Assembly: GCF_049801095.1 (NCBI RefSeq)
Contig: NZ_JBNAGH010000001.1
Span: forward strand, 612,208-676,207
Direction of reading: 5' to 3'
Length of the DNA stretch: 64,000 bases
DNA from: Dinoroseobacter sp. S76
Lineage (GTDB): Bacteria; Pseudomonadota; Alphaproteobacteria; Rhodobacterales; Rhodobacteraceae
Positions 18,807 to 28,337 of this stretch are shown one piece after another. The stretch's first letter is position 1; every line of letters begins with the position of its first letter. Made by a program: the position numbers and the translations under genes. The notes below the pieces were generated by a model. The model had not been told where the DNA came from, did not search any database, and worked only from the letters and a program-made list of their open reading frames with translations.

Positions 18807-19529
18807 ATGGCACAATACGATACGATCCGCACTGCTGGCGTTGGCGCCCGCTCTGCGCAGATCGATGAAGGGCTTCGCGCCCATTTCAACAAGGTCTATG
18901 GCCTCATGTCCGTGGCGATGGTGCTGACGGGCGCTGTCGCTTGGGCTGTTGGCACCAATGAGCAGATGCTGGCCGCAATCTTTGCGACGCCGCTGAAATG
19001 GGTCGTAATGTTCGCCCCGCTGATCATGGTTTTTGCCTTCAGCGCGATGATCAACAAGATGTCCTCGGGCGCCGCTCAAGTGTTCTTCTACGCCTTTGCT
19101 GCCGCGATGGGCCTCTCGATCAGCTACATCTTTGCGATCTATACCGGCGTCTCCATCGCCACCACGTTCCTCGTGACGGCGATCGCCTTCGCGTCGCTCA
19201 GCCTCTTTGGCTACACGACGAAGAAAGATCTGAGCAGCTGGGGCCGCTTCCTGTTCATGGGGGTGATTGGCCTGATCGTCGCTTCGATCGTGAACATCTT
19301 CCTCGGCTCCCCGGCGATTGCCTTCGCTGTCTCCAGCCTTGGGGTTCTGATCTTTGCGGGGCTGACCGCTTATGATACTCAGCGCATCAAGACCGAATAC
19401 ATCGAGCATGCGCAGTATGGGGATCAGGAGTGGCTGGCGAAGTCGGCGATCATGGGCGCACTGAGCCTCTACATCAACTTCATCAACATGTTCATGTTCC
19501 TGCTGCAGTTCCTCGGCAATCGCGAGTGA
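18807..19529 (+). CDS. Bax inhibitor-1/YccA family membrane protein
   Basis: Seven TM helices with BI-1 family conservation ('FNKVYGLMSVAM…'). Confidence 0.85.
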   Translation: MAQYDTIRTAGVGARSAQIDEGLRAHFNKVYGLMSVAMVLTGAVAWAVGTNEQMLAAIFATPLKWVVMFAPLIMVFAFSAMINKMSSGAAQVFFYAFAAAMGLSISYIFAIYTGVSIATTFLVTAIAFASLSLFGYTTKKDLSSWGRFLFMGVIGLIVASIVNIFLGSPAIAFAVSSLGVLIFAGLTAYDTQRIKTEYIEHAQYGDQEWLAKSAIMGALSLYINFINMFMFLLQFLGNRE

Positions 19530-19566
19530 TCGCAGGACGATCAACAGACTAGGAAAGGCCGGCCTC

Positions 19567-19594
19567 GCGCCGGCCTTTTTCTTTGCGCTAGAGC
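19567..19594 (+). terminator. Rho-independent terminator after the BI-1 gene
   Basis: GGCCGGC-ctcgc-GCCGGCC hairpin followed by TTTTTCTTT. Confidence 0.6.
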
Positions 19595-20088
19595 GGGGCT
19601 TCCATCCGCACAGCCGGAAACCGCAGTCCTGCCGGACCGATGGGCACATCCACCCGTTCCAGGGACACAAAGCCCAGCGCCGCGTAGAATGGCTCGGCCG
19701 TGAGGGTCGAGAGCGCTTCGAGACGGGTCTGACCGGCCTCCTGCGCCTCCTCCATGATATCCTTCATCAGGCGCCGGCCCAGCCCCTCTCGCGTGCGGGT
19801 ATGATCGGTTACCACATGGCGGATATGGCCCAGCCCCGGCGTCACGGTCCCACCCCCGGGCGCGCCCCGGGTCCAGCCGCCGGCGGCGAGGATCTCTCCC
19901 CCCTCCTCCACCACGTGGTAGGTCCCACAGGTGACCAGCGCGGGCTGGGCGCGCGAGATCACCGGTAGGATCGTCACCAGCACGGAGGGCGGATAGTCGG
20001 GCTTCAGCAGCACCGGATAGCTGCGCGCGAGCAGGGCATCCACCGCCGCAACATCCCGCGCCGTCGCAACACGTCTGGTCAAGGTCAT
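19588..20088 (-). CDS. GNAT family N-acetyltransferase
   Basis: 'RREGLGRRLMKDI…EA…AGQTRLEL' acetyl-CoA binding motif A region. Confidence 0.75.
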   Translation of the reverse strand: MTLTRRVATARDVAAVDALLARSYPVLLKPDYPPSVLVTILPVISRAQPALVTCGTYHVVEEGGEILAAGGWTRGAPGGGTVTPGLGHIRHVVTDHTRTREGLGRRLMKDIMEEAQEAGQTRLEALSTLTAEPFYAALGFVSLERVDVPIGPAGLRFPAVRMEAPL

Positions 20089-20119
20089 CTCGGGCCTCCT
20101 CTGCTGGGTGGGGATCGCG

Positions 20120-20151
20120 CAAAGAAAAAGCCGCGCTCGGAGGCGCGGCTT
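20120..20151 (-). terminator. Rho-independent terminator of rpmG
   Basis: On the minus strand, AAGCCGCGC-cuccga-GCGCGGCUU followed by a U-tract (UUUUUCUUU). Confidence 0.6.
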
Positions 20152-20175
20152 GGATCGTAACGTCGGTGGGGCAGA

Positions 20176-20343
20176 TTACTTGATCTTGCCTTCCTTGTAC
20201 TCGACATGCTTGCGCGCAACCGGATCATATTTCCGGACGACCATTTTCTCGGTCATGGTCCGGGCGTTTTTCTTGGTTACGTAGAAGTGGCCGGTATCCG
20301 CGGTCGAGTTGAGGCGGATCTTGATGGTCGTCGGCTTCGCCAT
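20176..20343 (-). CDS. rpmG: 50S ribosomal protein L33
   Basis: 55-aa ORF, below the ORF-track cutoff: [55 protein letters not shown]. It has an AGGAGA Shine-Dalgarno. Confidence 0.9.
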   Translation of the reverse strand: MAKPTTIKIRLNSTADTGHFYVTKKNARTMTEKMVVRKYDPVARKHVEYKEGKIK

Positions 20344-20409
20344 GTTGCGGTCTCCTGGCAGATTGCGGGCGAGAGTCGCGTCTGACCCTCGATCAACTTT
20401 GAACCCCGG

Positions 20410-20437
20410 CTTTTACTGGCACCGGCGCGCCTGTCAA
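20410..20437 (-). promoter_or_regulatory. Putative sigma70 promoter of rpmG (TTGACA-N16-TAAAAG)
   Basis: Minus-strand TTGACAggcgcgccggtgccagTAAAAG lies about 65 nt upstream of the rpmG ATG. Confidence 0.35.
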
Positions 20438-20477
20438 CCGCGATTCGACATGGAAAGTGCGGCAAGCGCAGCGCGGA

Positions 20478-20969
20478 TCAGCGCGCCCGTTGTTTAAGGT
20501 CCGCCACACGGGTCTCGGAGGTCACATCCCGCAGGGCCACCAGCACAAGCCGCCGCGACAGGGCGAGCGGCGCATCACTGGAGCGCGCAGGTTGCAGCGG
20601 GGTCAGGGTGGCCTCCCAGGTTTGGGGGCCGATCTCGCCGGGCACGCAGGACACCACGAAGCTCAGCTCCCGCGCGTCGGTCAATGCCGCGTCCAGCGCG
20701 CCCTGGGCCAGGCTGCGGCTCTCCCGGGGCCAGAGCGATGCATAGCGCCCGCCCACGCAGGTCTGGGCCGATCCGAAGGGCCGGCCGGTCGCCACGAGGA
20801 TGCGCCCGGTGGCCGTCACCACGAAGAGCGACTGATCGAGCTTGCCCGCAAGCGTTCCCAGCAAAGCATCCAGAATGTCGGAATCAAAAAGCCCCGCCTC
20901 AGCCGCAGCGGATTGATCGAAAGAAAACGCGCTGGTCCCGGCGCTGAATGTATTGGGAAGATCTTCCAT
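20478..20969 (-). CDS. Hypothetical cytoplasmic protein, possibly a PAS-like sensor fold
   Basis: No recognisable catalytic motifs. Start is taken at ATG 20969 ('MEDLPNTF'); the track start at 21011 is GTG. Confidence 0.4.
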   Translation of the reverse strand: MEDLPNTFSAGTSAFSFDQSAAAEAGLFDSDILDALLGTLAGKLDQSLFVVTATGRILVATGRPFGSAQTCVGGRYASLWPRESRSLAQGALDAALTDARELSFVVSCVPGEIGPQTWEATLTPLQPARSSDAPLALSRRLVLVALRDVTSETRVADLKQRAR

Positions 20970-20999
20970 GGTAATCACTGTGGCGGTTATCGATCTCCA

Positions 21000-21014
21000 T
21001 TTGTGTAACACAAA
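21000..21014. promoter_or_regulatory. Perfect 15-bp palindrome TTTGTGTAACACAAA in an AT-rich spacer
   Basis: 7-bp arms around a central A, about 30 nt upstream of the hypothetical gene start and just 3' of rnpB. Confidence 0.3.
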
Positions 21015-21049
21015 CTAGACAGAAATACAGTCACAAATAGATTACAAAT

Positions 21050-21440
21050 CTGCGCGGAGAGCCTGTAAGCCGGATTTTGTCCAAGACGGCAGGCCGTCTC
21101 TGGATGACCATTCCTCTGGGTGCCCTGTTGCCAGTGCACTCTAGCTGCCAACCCGGATCCCTGGGTTGAAGCCACCCTGCCCCCGAAGGCGCGGCGGGAT
21201 CCCTATTTGGCATTGCTCCCGGTGGGGCTTGCCGTGCCGGTCCTGTTGCCAGGCCCGCGGTGGGCTCTTACCCCACCGTTTCACCCTGACCCGTCCGGAG
21301 ACGGGCGGTCTGATCTCTGTGGCGCTTTCCGTCGGGTTGCCCCGCCCGGGCGTTACCCGGCACCGTTGCTTCGTGGAGTCCGGACTTTCCTCTCGGACAG
21401 ATAGCTATGCCCAAGCGGCCATCCAGCCCTCCGCGCGACT
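21050..21440 (-). ncRNA. rnpB: RNase P RNA (bacterial type A)
   Basis: The minus strand reads …GAGAGGAAAGUCCGGACUCCACGAAGCAACGGUGCCGGGUAACGCCCGGG…GGUGAAACGGUGGGGUAAGAGCCCACC…GGACAAAAUCCGGCUUACAGGCUCUCCGCGC. These are the universal P4/P10-12/P15-18 conserved blocks. The P1 stem is formed by 5' GCGCGGAGGGCUGG and 3' CAGGCUCUCCGCGC. Confidence 0.85.
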
Positions 21441-21446
21441 GCGCTG

Positions 21447-22082
21447 TTATCCTTGCCCAAGGGTGGGGTCAACGGGCCAATGGTGCGCGAGCGTTGCAGC
21501 CAGCGCCATATCCTGCGCGTCGAGCGGCCCGCTGGTCCCGGGACGAAAGCGCGACCGGACGGCCGCCAACCGAGTTTCCGGGTCGACCTCCGCCGTCATG
21601 CCAAATCTGGCCAGGTCCGCGGCAAACCGCGCGCCATCCACCACTGGTTGCGAGGCCGCGGCCCGCCCGGCCTCAGAAGGCCAGATTGCCAGCCCCTGCC
21701 GTGCCAAGCGCCGCCAGTCAAAGCGCGGCCCCGGATCGATCTTGCGGCCCGGGGCAAGGTCGGAATGGCCAATCACCTGGGCAGGCCCGATCGACCAGCG
21801 GGCCATGATAGCCGGCAAGAGCGTCTCCAGCGCGGTCATCAACGGCGCGGCAAAGGGGCTGACCCCGTCATTGTCGAGCTCGATCCCAATCGACGCGCTG
21901 TTCAAATCCGTGCAGCCCCCCCATTGCCCCCGCCCCGCATGCCAGGCGCGCAGGTCCTCGGGAACAAGCTGGGTAACGGCGCCATCGCGCGCGATCACAT
22001 AATGGGCGGAAACCTCAGCCTGCGGGTTGCAGAGCCAGTCAATGGCCCCGGAGGCGCTCTGCATAGCCGTGTAATGCAGCAC
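21447..22082 (-). CDS. N-acetylmuramoyl-L-alanine amidase (amidase_2, AmpD-like)
   Basis: 'AHYVIARDG…AWHAG…W…NSASIGIEL…IGHSDLAP' zinc-amidase motifs. Confidence 0.8.
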   Translation of the reverse strand: MLHYTAMQSASGAIDWLCNPQAEVSAHYVIARDGAVTQLVPEDLRAWHAGRGQWGGCTDLNSASIGIELDNDGVSPFAAPLMTALETLLPAIMARWSIGPAQVIGHSDLAPGRKIDPGPRFDWRRLARQGLAIWPSEAGRAAASQPVVDGARFAADLARFGMTAEVDPETRLAAVRSRFRPGTSGPLDAQDMALAATLAHHWPVDPTLGQG

Positions 22083-22150
22083 GATCAGGCGCGGCGTGAG
22101 CCCGTTCTTGCGCGGCCCGCAATTGGGCGAGCGCGGCTCGAGGATCTGGG

Positions 22151-22801
22151 TCAGTTGCGCACCGCGAGGCGGAACGGGCTCGGGTCCCAGCGACAGGCAT
22201 AGCCGTCGCCATCCGGATCCAGCCCGCTGCGGTCGCGCTGCGGCCCGCCGGCATCAAGGAAAGCCTGCTGGGCGGCGTTGGCGTCGCTGTAGCGGTCACA
22301 GCCGCGGGTCGATAGACGGATCGGGCTGCGGGAATAGACCGGCGTTCCCACGGGATGCGAGGTCGCCAGCGCGAACTCCACGATCGAAGCGAGATCCCCG
22401 GAAGGCCGGTCCGGCAGCTCCGTGGGTTCGATCACCTGAAAGGCTTCGCGTTGCGCGGCGAGACGTTCCCGATCGCTTTCGATCGTCACGCGCTCGGACA
22501 CCGCGTCAAAGCTGTTCTCATCCGAGATGCCCGGACCACGACGCAAAAGGTTCGGGTCGGGCTCGGCCCCTGCCGCCACCGCTTCGGCCACGGCCAGATC
22601 GGTCGGATCCGCGCCTTCGGGCAGAATGATCGACTCGCCGCTCGAGAGCGCTGCATCGCGGGCCTGCCGCTCGGTCCCGTAGGCGCCATAGCTGGTGCCA
22701 AATCCCGGACCGGCTCCGGCCACGTCATTGGGTGGCACGGATGTGCAGGCCGCCAGAATACCGGCGAGACCTAATGCTCCGACTGTCGAAACGAGACGCA
22801 T
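22151..22801 (-). CDS. Lipoprotein with C-terminal Excalibur-like calcium-binding domain
   Basis: Lipobox 'ILAAC'; C-terminal 'C…DPDGDGYACRW' (DxDxDGxxC) Excalibur signature. Start is placed at ATG 22801. Confidence 0.6.
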   Translation of the reverse strand: MRLVSTVGALGLAGILAACTSVPPNDVAGAGPGFGTSYGAYGTERQARDAALSSGESIILPEGADPTDLAVAEAVAAGAEPDPNLLRRGPGISDENSFDAVSERVTIESDRERLAAQREAFQVIEPTELPDRPSGDLASIVEFALATSHPVGTPVYSRSPIRLSTRGCDRYSDANAAQQAFLDAGGPQRDRSGLDPDGDGYACRWDPSPFRLAVRN

Positions 22802-22833
22802 ACCAAACCTCTTCACTGCCCCCGCAGGCGAGC

Positions 22834-24321
22834 CTACCACCAGCGCTGCGGCTTGGCCACAAAGCCCGCAGCCTCTTCGAGCGCATAGGCGGTGTTGAGC
22901 AGATCGCCCTCTTCCCAGGGACGCCCGATCAGCTGCAGCCCGAGGGGCAGGCCCTTGCGGTCAAGGCCCGTGGGCACGGCGATGCCCGGCAGCCCGGCGA
23001 GGTTCACGGTGACGGTGAACACGTCGTTGAGATACATCTGCACCGGGTCCGCATCGATCATCTCGCCCAGACCAAACGCCGCCGAAGGCGTGGCCGGGGT
23101 CAGGATAGCATCGACCCCATCGGCGAAGACCGTCTCGAAGTCACGCTTGATCAGAGCACGCACCTTGCGGGCCCGGTTGTAATAGGCGTCGTAGAACCCA
23201 GCCGAGAGCACATAGGTCCCGACCATCACCCGGCGCTGCACTTCGGGGCCAAAGCCCTCGGCACGGGTTTTCTCATACATCTCGGTGATGCCATCGCCCT
23301 GCCCGAGCTGGGCCCGGTGGCCGAAGCGCACGCCGTCATAGCGCGCGAGGTTCGAGGAGGCCTCGGCCGGTGCGATCACGTAATAGGCGGGCAGCGCATA
23401 TTTCGTGTGCGGCAGCGAGATATCCCGCAACTCGGCCCCCGCGGCCTTGAGCATCTCGGCACCTTCGGACCAGAGCGTCTCGATCTCCTCGGGCATGCCG
23501 TCCATGCGATATTCCTTGGGGATCCCGATCACCTTGCCGCGAATATCGCCCGTCAGCATGGCCTCGAAATCCGGCACCGCGAGATCCGCGCTGGTGCTGT
23601 CCTTGGGGTCGTGCCCGGCCATGGTGCCCAGCATGATCGCCGCGTCGCGCACATCCTTGGTCATGGGCCCCGCCTGATCGAGCGAGGAGGCGAAGGCCAC
23701 GATGCCCCAGCGCGAGCAGCGCCCATAGGTCGGCTTCAGCCCCGTGATGCCCACGAATGCCGCAGGCTGACGGATCGAGCCGCCCGTATCGGTGCCGGTG
23801 GCGGCAAGGCAGAGATCTGCAGCCACCGCGCTGGCCGAGCCGCCGGAGGAGCCGCCCGGGGTCAGCGCCGCGTCATCATTGCCGCGCCGCCAGGGGTTCA
23901 CCGCATTGCCATAGGTCGAGGTTTCGTTCGAGGACCCCATGGCGAACTCGTCCATGTTCAGCTTGCCAAGCATCACAGCGCCCGCATCAAACAGGTTCTG
24001 GCTGACGGTCGATTCGTATTCCGGCTTGAACCCTTCGAGGATCGCCGAGGCCGCCTGGGACGGCACGCCCTTGGTGCAGAAGAGATCCTTGATGCCAAGC
24101 GGGATGCCGCACATGTCGGGGGCATCGCCCTGGGCAAGCCGCGCGTCTGCGTGGCCAGCTTGCGTCAGAGCCAGCTCGGGGGTTTTGTGCACAAAGGCTC
24201 CGAGCGCGTCAGCCGCCTCCACAGCGGAGAGGCACGCCTCAGTGAGCTCGGTGGCGGTGATCTCCTTGCGGCGCAGCTTGTCGCGCGCAGCAGCGATGGT
24301 CAGGGAGGACAGATCAGACAT
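22834..24321 (-). CDS. gatA: Asp-tRNA(Asn)/Glu-tRNA(Gln) amidotransferase subunit A
   Basis: Amidase signature '[13 protein letters not shown]', full length. Confidence 0.95.
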   Translation of the reverse strand: MSDLSSLTIAAARDKLRRKEITATELTEACLSAVEAADALGAFVHKTPELALTQAGHADARLAQGDAPDMCGIPLGIKDLFCTKGVPSQAASAILEGFKPEYESTVSQNLFDAGAVMLGKLNMDEFAMGSSNETSTYGNAVNPWRRGNDDAALTPGGSSGGSASAVAADLCLAATGTDTGGSIRQPAAFVGITGLKPTYGRCSRWGIVAFASSLDQAGPMTKDVRDAAIMLGTMAGHDPKDSTSADLAVPDFEAMLTGDIRGKVIGIPKEYRMDGMPEEIETLWSEGAEMLKAAGAELRDISLPHTKYALPAYYVIAPAEASSNLARYDGVRFGHRAQLGQGDGITEMYEKTRAEGFGPEVQRRVMVGTYVLSAGFYDAYYNRARKVRALIKRDFETVFADGVDAILTPATPSAAFGLGEMIDADPVQMYLNDVFTVTVNLAGLPGIAVPTGLDRKGLPLGLQLIGRPWEEGDLLNTAYALEEAAGFVAKPQRWW

Positions 24322-24324
24322 GGG

Positions 24325-24612
24325 TTACTCCACAACCTTGGGCACGGCGAAAAAGCCCTCGCGCGCATCGGGGGCGTTGGCGAGCACAGCGCCCTGCTGA
24401 TCCCCATCGGTGACCACATCCGCGCGCCGCTTCAGCCGCTGGGGCGTCACCGAGGTCATCGGCTCCACGCCCTCCACATCGACCTCGTTGAGCTGCTCGA
24501 TGAAGCCGAGGATCGTGTTGAACTCACCTGCCAGGGCAGGCAGCGCGTCATCTTCGACCTTGATCCGGGCGAGTTTCGCGACCCGGCGTGCAGTCTCGGT
24601 ATCAATGGACAT
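24325..24612 (-). CDS. gatC: Asp/Glu-tRNA amidotransferase subunit C
   Basis: 95 aa, '[17 protein letters not shown]…', immediately upstream of gatA. Start is placed at ATG 24612. Confidence 0.85.
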   Translation of the reverse strand: MSIDTETARRVAKLARIKVEDDALPALAGEFNTILGFIEQLNEVDVEGVEPMTSVTPQRLKRRADVVTDGDQQGAVLANAPDAREGFFAVPKVVE

Positions 24613-24646
24613 CCGTAGGGCTCCGCTCAGCGTGGTTTTGCCGGGT

Positions 24647-25312
24647 TTAGCCTTGGCGCACGGGGCCTGCAAGCATGTGGCGGCGGTAAAGCTCGATCAT
24701 CCAGCCCAGCATGACCGCGTTGAGAATATGCCACAGGAAATGGGTGCCCAGGGGCAGGCGTGCACAGAGGGTCATGTCGAGCGAGCGCGCGGTCAGCGAC
24801 AGGCAGAGAATCCCCGCGCCCAGAGCCAGCCCGCGCGCGGTTGCAGGCGCGCGTCGGCGCAGTAGAACCGCGTAGGCGAAGATCAGAAGCGGCAGCGGCC
24901 AGTAAAAGCTCGAGATCCCGAAAAACGGCACCCCCGCAAAGACCGGCGTTAGCAGCGCCGTATAGGGCAGATAGGCGAGCGCCCCCAGCCCCGCGCCCCA
25001 GACCGGCCAGCCCCAGAAATGCCGGTTCGCCGCATAGATATAGAGCAGCGAGAACCCGACAATCGGCAGCACATCGGCAATCGCCGCCCAGACCTGCGCA
25101 TGGGTGTGGAAGAGAAAGCTCCCCAACCCGATCAGCGCAAGCAGCCCGCACATCGCCTCCGCCAGGGCCAAACCCTGCCCCTGCACCCGGCGCCACATGA
25201 CCCAAGCCGCCAACACGAAAGCCGCATTGGTCACGGCGTTGATCGGCTCGGCCCAATAGCTTGGATCCACCCGCTCGCAATACCCGTCGATCTGGTGCAG
25301 CAGCCCGTCCAT
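24647..25312 (-). CDS. Ceramidase-family integral membrane protein
   Basis: Seven TM helices with His-containing motifs ('LFHTHA', 'HFLWHILN') like the alkaline ceramidase / CREST family. Confidence 0.55.
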   Translation of the reverse strand: MDGLLHQIDGYCERVDPSYWAEPINAVTNAAFVLAAWVMWRRVQGQGLALAEAMCGLLALIGLGSFLFHTHAQVWAAIADVLPIVGFSLLYIYAANRHFWGWPVWGAGLGALAYLPYTALLTPVFAGVPFFGISSFYWPLPLLIFAYAVLLRRRAPATARGLALGAGILCLSLTARSLDMTLCARLPLGTHFLWHILNAVMLGWMIELYRRHMLAGPVRQG

Positions 25313-25394
25313 ATCCCCTGTCTCGCGGCGATCTCCTGCTTGGAAACCTAGGCGAGAGCGGGCCGCGGAAAAGCCCGAGGCCCGCAGCTATGGA

Positions 25395-25871
25395 TCAGGG
25401 CATCGCGACCGCGCCGGTAATGGTGTTCTCGAAGGTGCCGGCCTCGCGATTCGAGAGGTTGCTGAAACGTCCTCCGCCGGTCAGGCCCGCCGCAGCCCCG
25501 GAGGCTCCAATCACGGACCATGTGCCCGTCATCGCGCCCTCCGCCGTCATCCCGGTGACCACCCAATCGGTCACGACGGTTGAGACGCCCTCTTTTGCAA
25601 AGACACAATGCCCCGCTCCAGCAGCCGAAGCCCGATTGATCTCGAACGAGCCAAAGCACTTGCCCGGCAGTCCGGCCATCGGGTTCTCCGGGTCGTTGGT
25701 CGCGAGCGGTTCGTACGCGCTAAGGGATTGCACCAGCATATGCCCCTCGCCCAGGACGGTCACCTCGTTCATGGACTGCCCGCTACCCGTGCCAGAGCCA
25801 TCAAAGCTCTGACCGGCAAAAGTCATTGTCCCGATAAAGGACGCACATGCGGCACACAGAATGAGTTTCAT
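25395..25871 (-). CDS. Secreted hypothetical protein (signal peptide)
   Basis: 'MKLILCAACASFIGTMTFA' signal peptide; Gly/Thr-rich; no recognisable domain. Confidence 0.5.
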   Translation of the reverse strand: MKLILCAACASFIGTMTFAGQSFDGSGTGSGQSMNEVTVLGEGHMLVQSLSAYEPLATNDPENPMAGLPGKCFGSFEINRASAAGAGHCVFAKEGVSTVVTDWVVTGMTAEGAMTGTWSVIGASGAAAGLTGGGRFSNLSNREAGTFENTITGAVAMP

Positions 25872-26041
25872 AAAAGTCCTCCCAAAAGTCGTCATTTTTG
25901 TTCTTTTTTAGGCGCAAAATGCTGCGCAGGGGGCGAGCTTAGCACAGGTGACCATCTGGTCAAAATTGGCCACCCGCGTGGCTTGACCGATTCCGGTTCT
26001 GGCGGCACCCTGCACCCCGACCGGCGAATGGAGGAGATGGC

Positions 26042-26734
26042 ATGAAAATCACTTGGCTGGGACATTCAGGCTTTCGCATCGAGATTGCCGACCAGATCCT
26101 GTTGGTCGATCCCTGGATCACCGGAAACCCCTCCTTCCCGGTCGATCAGAAGGCCGCCGCCATCGCCGACGCCACTCAGATCCTGATCACCCATGGGCAC
26201 GGGGATCACAGCCCCGATGCAGTGGCCCTCTCCAGGGAACTGGGCGCACCGATTGTCGGGATCTATGACCTTATGACCTTCTGGGCGGAAACCGAGGGGG
26301 TCGAGGTGATCGGGTTCAACAAGGGCGGGACCGTAACCCTCGGCGAGGTGAACGTCACCATGGTCAACGCAGTGCACTCTTCCTCCGTCGCCACGGATCA
26401 CGGGCCGATGTATGCCGGGGCCGAAGCCGGTTTCATGATCCGCGGCGAAGGCAAGACGATCTATGTCTCAGGCGACACGGATGTGATGGCGGATATGAAG
26501 ATCTTCAACGATCTGCACCAACCCGAGATCGGCATCCTCGCCTGTGGCGGCCATTTCACCATGGATATGGAGCGCGCCGCCTATGCCGCGCGGAGCTTCT
26601 TTGACTTCCAGACCGTCATCCCCTGTCACTACAAGACCTTCCCCCTGCTCGCCCAATCGGCACAAGCGCTGATCGACGGGCTGCCCGGCACGGATGTGCG
26701 CACGCCCGAGGTGATGGAAACGATTGAGCTCTAG
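26042..26734 (+). CDS. Metal-dependent hydrolase, MBL fold (UPF0173 family)
   Basis: 'ITHGHGDH' motif, about 230 aa. Confidence 0.85.
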   Translation: MKITWLGHSGFRIEIADQILLVDPWITGNPSFPVDQKAAAIADATQILITHGHGDHSPDAVALSRELGAPIVGIYDLMTFWAETEGVEVIGFNKGGTVTLGEVNVTMVNAVHSSSVATDHGPMYAGAEAGFMIRGEGKTIYVSGDTDVMADMKIFNDLHQPEIGILACGGHFTMDMERAAYAARSFFDFQTVIPCHYKTFPLLAQSAQALIDGLPGTDVRTPEVMETIEL

Positions 26735-26810
26735 GGCGCGACAGGCTTTCTTAAGTCTCTAAATATCCTCGCCGAAGGCATCCTGACCGCGCAGCACACG
26801 CGTCCGTCGA

Positions 26811-27266
26811 TCAGGCGCGCCGCGCGGCGAAAAAGGCCTTGAGAAGCGCCTCCGCCTCCGCCGCGCCGACCCCGTCCACAACTTCTGGCGCGTGATGGGA
26901 TTGCGGCTGGGCAAAGACCCGCGCGCCATGAGCCACCCCGCCGGATTTCGGATCCGCGGCACCGTAAACAACCCGTGCCACCCGAGCCGCCGCAATCGCG
27001 GCGGCGCACATGGCACATGGCTCCAGCGTCACATAGAGCACCGCGCCCGGCAGTCGCTCGGACCCCGCCGCCGCGCAAGCCGCGCGCAGCACGAGGATCT
27101 CCGCATGGGCGGTGGGATCGCTGAGCTCCCGCGTGCGGTTCCCCGCCCGGGCGAGCTCAGCCCCGTCCGGCCCGAACAACACGGCACCAACGGGGACCTC
27201 GCCCCGCGCAGCAGCGGCGCGAGCCTCGGCAAGGGCGGTATCCATATGTCGGGCGAAGGGGCGCAT
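26811..27266 (-). CDS. tadA: tRNA-specific adenosine deaminase
   Basis: 'HAEI…LEPCAMCAAA' CDA zinc motifs. Confidence 0.85.
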   Translation of the reverse strand: MRPFARHMDTALAEARAAAARGEVPVGAVLFGPDGAELARAGNRTRELSDPTAHAEILVLRAACAAAGSERLPGAVLYVTLEPCAMCAAAIAAARVARVVYGAADPKSGGVAHGARVFAQPQSHHAPEVVDGVGAAEAEALLKAFFAARRA

Positions 27267-27348
27267 GCCCCCTCATGCCGCGCCGCGCGCGCCCGGGCAA
27301 GGCCGCTTGGGGCTTTCCCAGCGCGCCGGTCTTCGCTAAGCCCGGCCC

Positions 27349-28143
27349 ATGACACAAACCCCTCCTCCCGGCGACCGGATCGCCAAGGTCCTGGCCCGGG
27401 CCGGGATCGCCTCGCGCCGCGAGGCCGAGCGCCTGATTGCCGAAGGTCGGGTGACCGTGAACGGCAAGACCGTCGAGAGCCCCGCGCTCAACGTCACGGA
27501 GGCCGACAAGATCACCTTCGACGGCAAGGCACTGGAGCCCCCGGCCCCGCCGCGCCTTTGGCGCTACCACAAGCCCACGGGGCTCGTGACCACCGCCAAG
27601 GACGAAAAGGGCCGAGAGACGGTGTTCGACGCCCTGCCCCCGGAACTGCCCCGGGTGATGAGTGTCGGACGGCTTGATCTGAATTCCGAAGGCTTGCTGC
27701 TCCTGACCAATGATGGCGGGCTCAAGCGCAAGCTGGAGCTGCCCTCCACCGGCTGGCTGCGCCGCTACCGCGTGCGGGTCAATGGCGCGCCGGAGGATGC
27801 GGATCTCGCCCCACTGCGCAAGGGGATCGAGGTCGAAGGCGAGCGCTTTCAACCCATGGAGGCCCGCCTCGACCGCCAGCAGGGCTCCAATGCCTGGCTC
27901 ACCGTGGGGCTGCGCGAGGGCAAGAATCGCGAGATTCGCCGGGCCATGAGCGCGCTGGGGCTGACCGTGAACCGCCTCATCCGGATCAGCTATGGGCCGT
28001 TCCGGCTGGGCGACCTGAAGGCGGGCGAGGTCGAGGAGATCAAGGGAAAGGTCCTCCGCGATCAGCTCGGGATGGAAGACGAAACACCGCCCGAGACCAA
28101 GAAGCCCCGCCCGCGCCGCCGTCGCAGCCCGCCGCGGCGCTGA
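27349..28143 (+). CDS. rluB: rRNA pseudouridine synthase (RsuA/RluB family)
   Basis: S4 domain 'RIAKVLARAGIASRREAERLI', 'GRLD' catalytic motif, basic C-terminal tail. Confidence 0.85.
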   Translation: MTQTPPPGDRIAKVLARAGIASRREAERLIAEGRVTVNGKTVESPALNVTEADKITFDGKALEPPAPPRLWRYHKPTGLVTTAKDEKGRETVFDALPPELPRVMSVGRLDLNSEGLLLLTNDGGLKRKLELPSTGWLRRYRVRVNGAPEDADLAPLRKGIEVEGERFQPMEARLDRQQGSNAWLTVGLREGKNREIRRAMSALGLTVNRLIRISYGPFRLGDLKAGEVEEIKGKVLRDQLGMEDETPPETKKPRPRRRRSPPRR

Positions 28144-28337
28144 TCGCGCCCGGTTCCGCGGGATCCGGCAATAATCCCGATAGTTGCGCCCAAACCCTAG
28201 GCTAGACCTGCGGAACACCATATATTGGGCCGGAGAACGGTGTGGGGATCCCGGATGAGCGGAAGTGGCCTGAGACTTTTGGCGTTTTGCCTGCTGGCAG
28301 CGCTGATCCTCTATGCTGGTCTGGGCGGAGGTCTGTC

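Noticed and set aside
21120-22002. Plus-strand ORFs of 94 and 278 aa covering the rnpB region
   Set aside because: The sequence is a recognisable RNase P RNA on the minus strand. The ORFs start inside the structured RNA and have no RBS.
22732-24618. 628-aa plus-strand ORF antisense to gatA/gatC
   Set aside because: It is antisense to gatA, which carries a universally conserved amidase signature. The translation is low-complexity.
27157-28221. 354-aa minus-strand ORF antisense to rluB
   Set aside because: The S4 and pseudouridine synthase motifs are in the plus frame. The minus frame is Arg/Gly/Ala-rich.
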